The position numbers and the translations under genes are program-made. A stretch of DNA of 64,000 nucleotides from Amoebophrya sp. A120 (Eukaryota > Protista > Dinoflagellata). The notes beneath the pieces are model-generated. The model was not told where the DNA came from and did not search any database. It saw nothing but the letters and a program-made list of their open reading frames with translations. Shown here piece by piece: positions 62,823 to 64,000 of this stretch. The stretch covers positions 283,279 through 347,278 of the forward strand of contig CAJINV010000007.1 of assembly GCA_905178155.1 (NCBI GenBank), in the 5' to 3' direction. Numbering within the stretch: the first letter of the stretch is position 1; every line of letters begins with the position of its first letter.

Positions 62823-63859
62823 CTACCCAACTGATGATCTACCCAACTGAGGTGATGATGATGATCTACCCAACTGAGGTGGAAGCTGTGGTCTTCTTGG
62901 CTCTGATCGACGGACGTATTCCTGCGCCACAGACAGCTTCTGGTCCACCAAACGAAGCTTCTGCATCCACATCGGATGAAATTCCGATTCGGTAAGCAGC
63001 TCCGGGACCAAACCCTGAATCCGCCCTTTATTGCTGAGCAACTCGTCCTTTAGCTGAAGAAGCTGCCGCTGCGCAAAAAGAAGCACCAGCCGCAGCCGCC
63101 CAGCCGCAGCCGCAGAAGCGCCAGCCGCAAACTGTTCGGCCGTCGGCCGCATGACGAGAAGCAGCCCCGCATGGTTTACACCGACTCCACGAGCTCCAGG
63201 ACGGAGCTTCGACTCCACCAGGAGAAGCGTCTGATTATGAGAGAGAAGCTCGGGAATAACGTCGGGCCAGGAAGACGGATCCAAAAGACCACGGCGACGA
63301 ACGTCCCACTGCTTCCGAAAAAGCTCCGACCATAGCTCAAGGAGGTCTGCCCGAGTGTCGGTCAGCCCCTCGCTCTCCGAAAAAAATATCCTGCGTAAAA
63401 GCGTCCCCGTTCCAGAGTCAATAATACATGGGCTTTTTGCTACACCAACCAGCCTTTTTTGGGTGTCGCGCATGACAAGCTTGGACTCGCAGTGTCGTAA
63501 GTACTAGTTGTGCTGGTGAGCTATTGTATCTGCATCAGAAATCGATCCACTACTCATCCTGATTCTAGCACGACAAAAACTGCCAGGCAGCATTAGAGAA
63601 TGCTGCTCCTGGGGCGGCGCGTGAGAACAAGTATTGCAGATTTTCAGGAAGACACGTCTGGCGTGAAGAAGCTTTTACACAGGATAACGTACCTTTCAAA
63701 GTCCGAAAACGAAAATAGTGGAAATTCAAGACCTCCCGATTCATTCTTCGCCAATTCGTCTAGATATTCAACGACCTCTCGACTAGATGAGCAGCGAGAG
63801 CGAGCCTCTGATTCGACCTGTGTAAGGGTAAGATTTTGCTCCCGCCCGAGTAGCCGTTT
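62823..63859 (-). CDS. 3' end (last two exons in window) of a hypothetical protein gene continuing beyond the window
   Basis: Exon 63687-63859 (KRLLGREQ...DFERY) joins in frame to exon 62823-63386 (SESEGLTD...GRSSVG*) across a degenerate family-B element. Confidence 0.6.
63387..63686. mobile_element. Introner family B, degenerate
   Basis: TATCCTG...CAGGATA; DR decayed (AAAAA/ACGTA) but frame restored. Confidence 0.75.
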
Positions 63860-64000
63860 TATTACAATGAAAAATGTCCCCACCCCCGAACTTGAAAGCA
63901 TTTGTATTGCAAACCTTTCCAAATGAAACATTCGCCCTCTTGCATGTATCAGCATCACAGATTTCCGATCGTGAATAGCAAAAATTTGTATTGCAAAAGA
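63860..64000. mobile_element. Introner family H (right end off-window)
   Basis: Reverse-complement match to the right half of 43058-43361. Confidence 0.85.

Overview
Eukaryotic genomic DNA. It most likely comes from a parasitic dinoflagellate (Syndiniales, Amoebophrya-like); this is inferred from the intron architecture, not from a database search. There are five protein-coding genes, all on the minus strand: an ankyrin-like-repeat protein with a signal peptide (3' end off-window), a CHAT/caspase-like protein with a transmembrane helix, a membrane-anchored UDP-glycosyltransferase apparently fused to a ROK/ASKHA-like domain, a bacterial-type GH55 exo-beta-1,3-glucanase, and the 3' end of a fifth gene. 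I count 90 short MITE-like elements (mostly 135-355 bp, roughly 40% of the window) in 9 terminal-inverted-repeat families that I label A-I; 88 of them interrupt coding sequence. Almost all begin TAT and end ATA, and each is flanked by a 5-bp direct repeat (DR) taken from the target. Manually removing each element plus one DR copy restores a continuous reading frame at every junction I translated, with no GT-AG borders, so they behave as non-canonical introner introns. The otherwise unrelated families share a terminal pattern and a repeated internal octamer (TGTNWTGC). They occur in both orientations, coexist with a canonical GT-AG intron, and in one case are stacked back-to-back around a zero-length exon. 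The window also holds a poly(A)-tailed retro-insertion nested in one introner, two GC-rich islands with Helitron-like ends, and minisatellites. No transposase, RNA gene or CRISPR array was recognised. Coordinates were read by hand and may be off by 1-2 bp.
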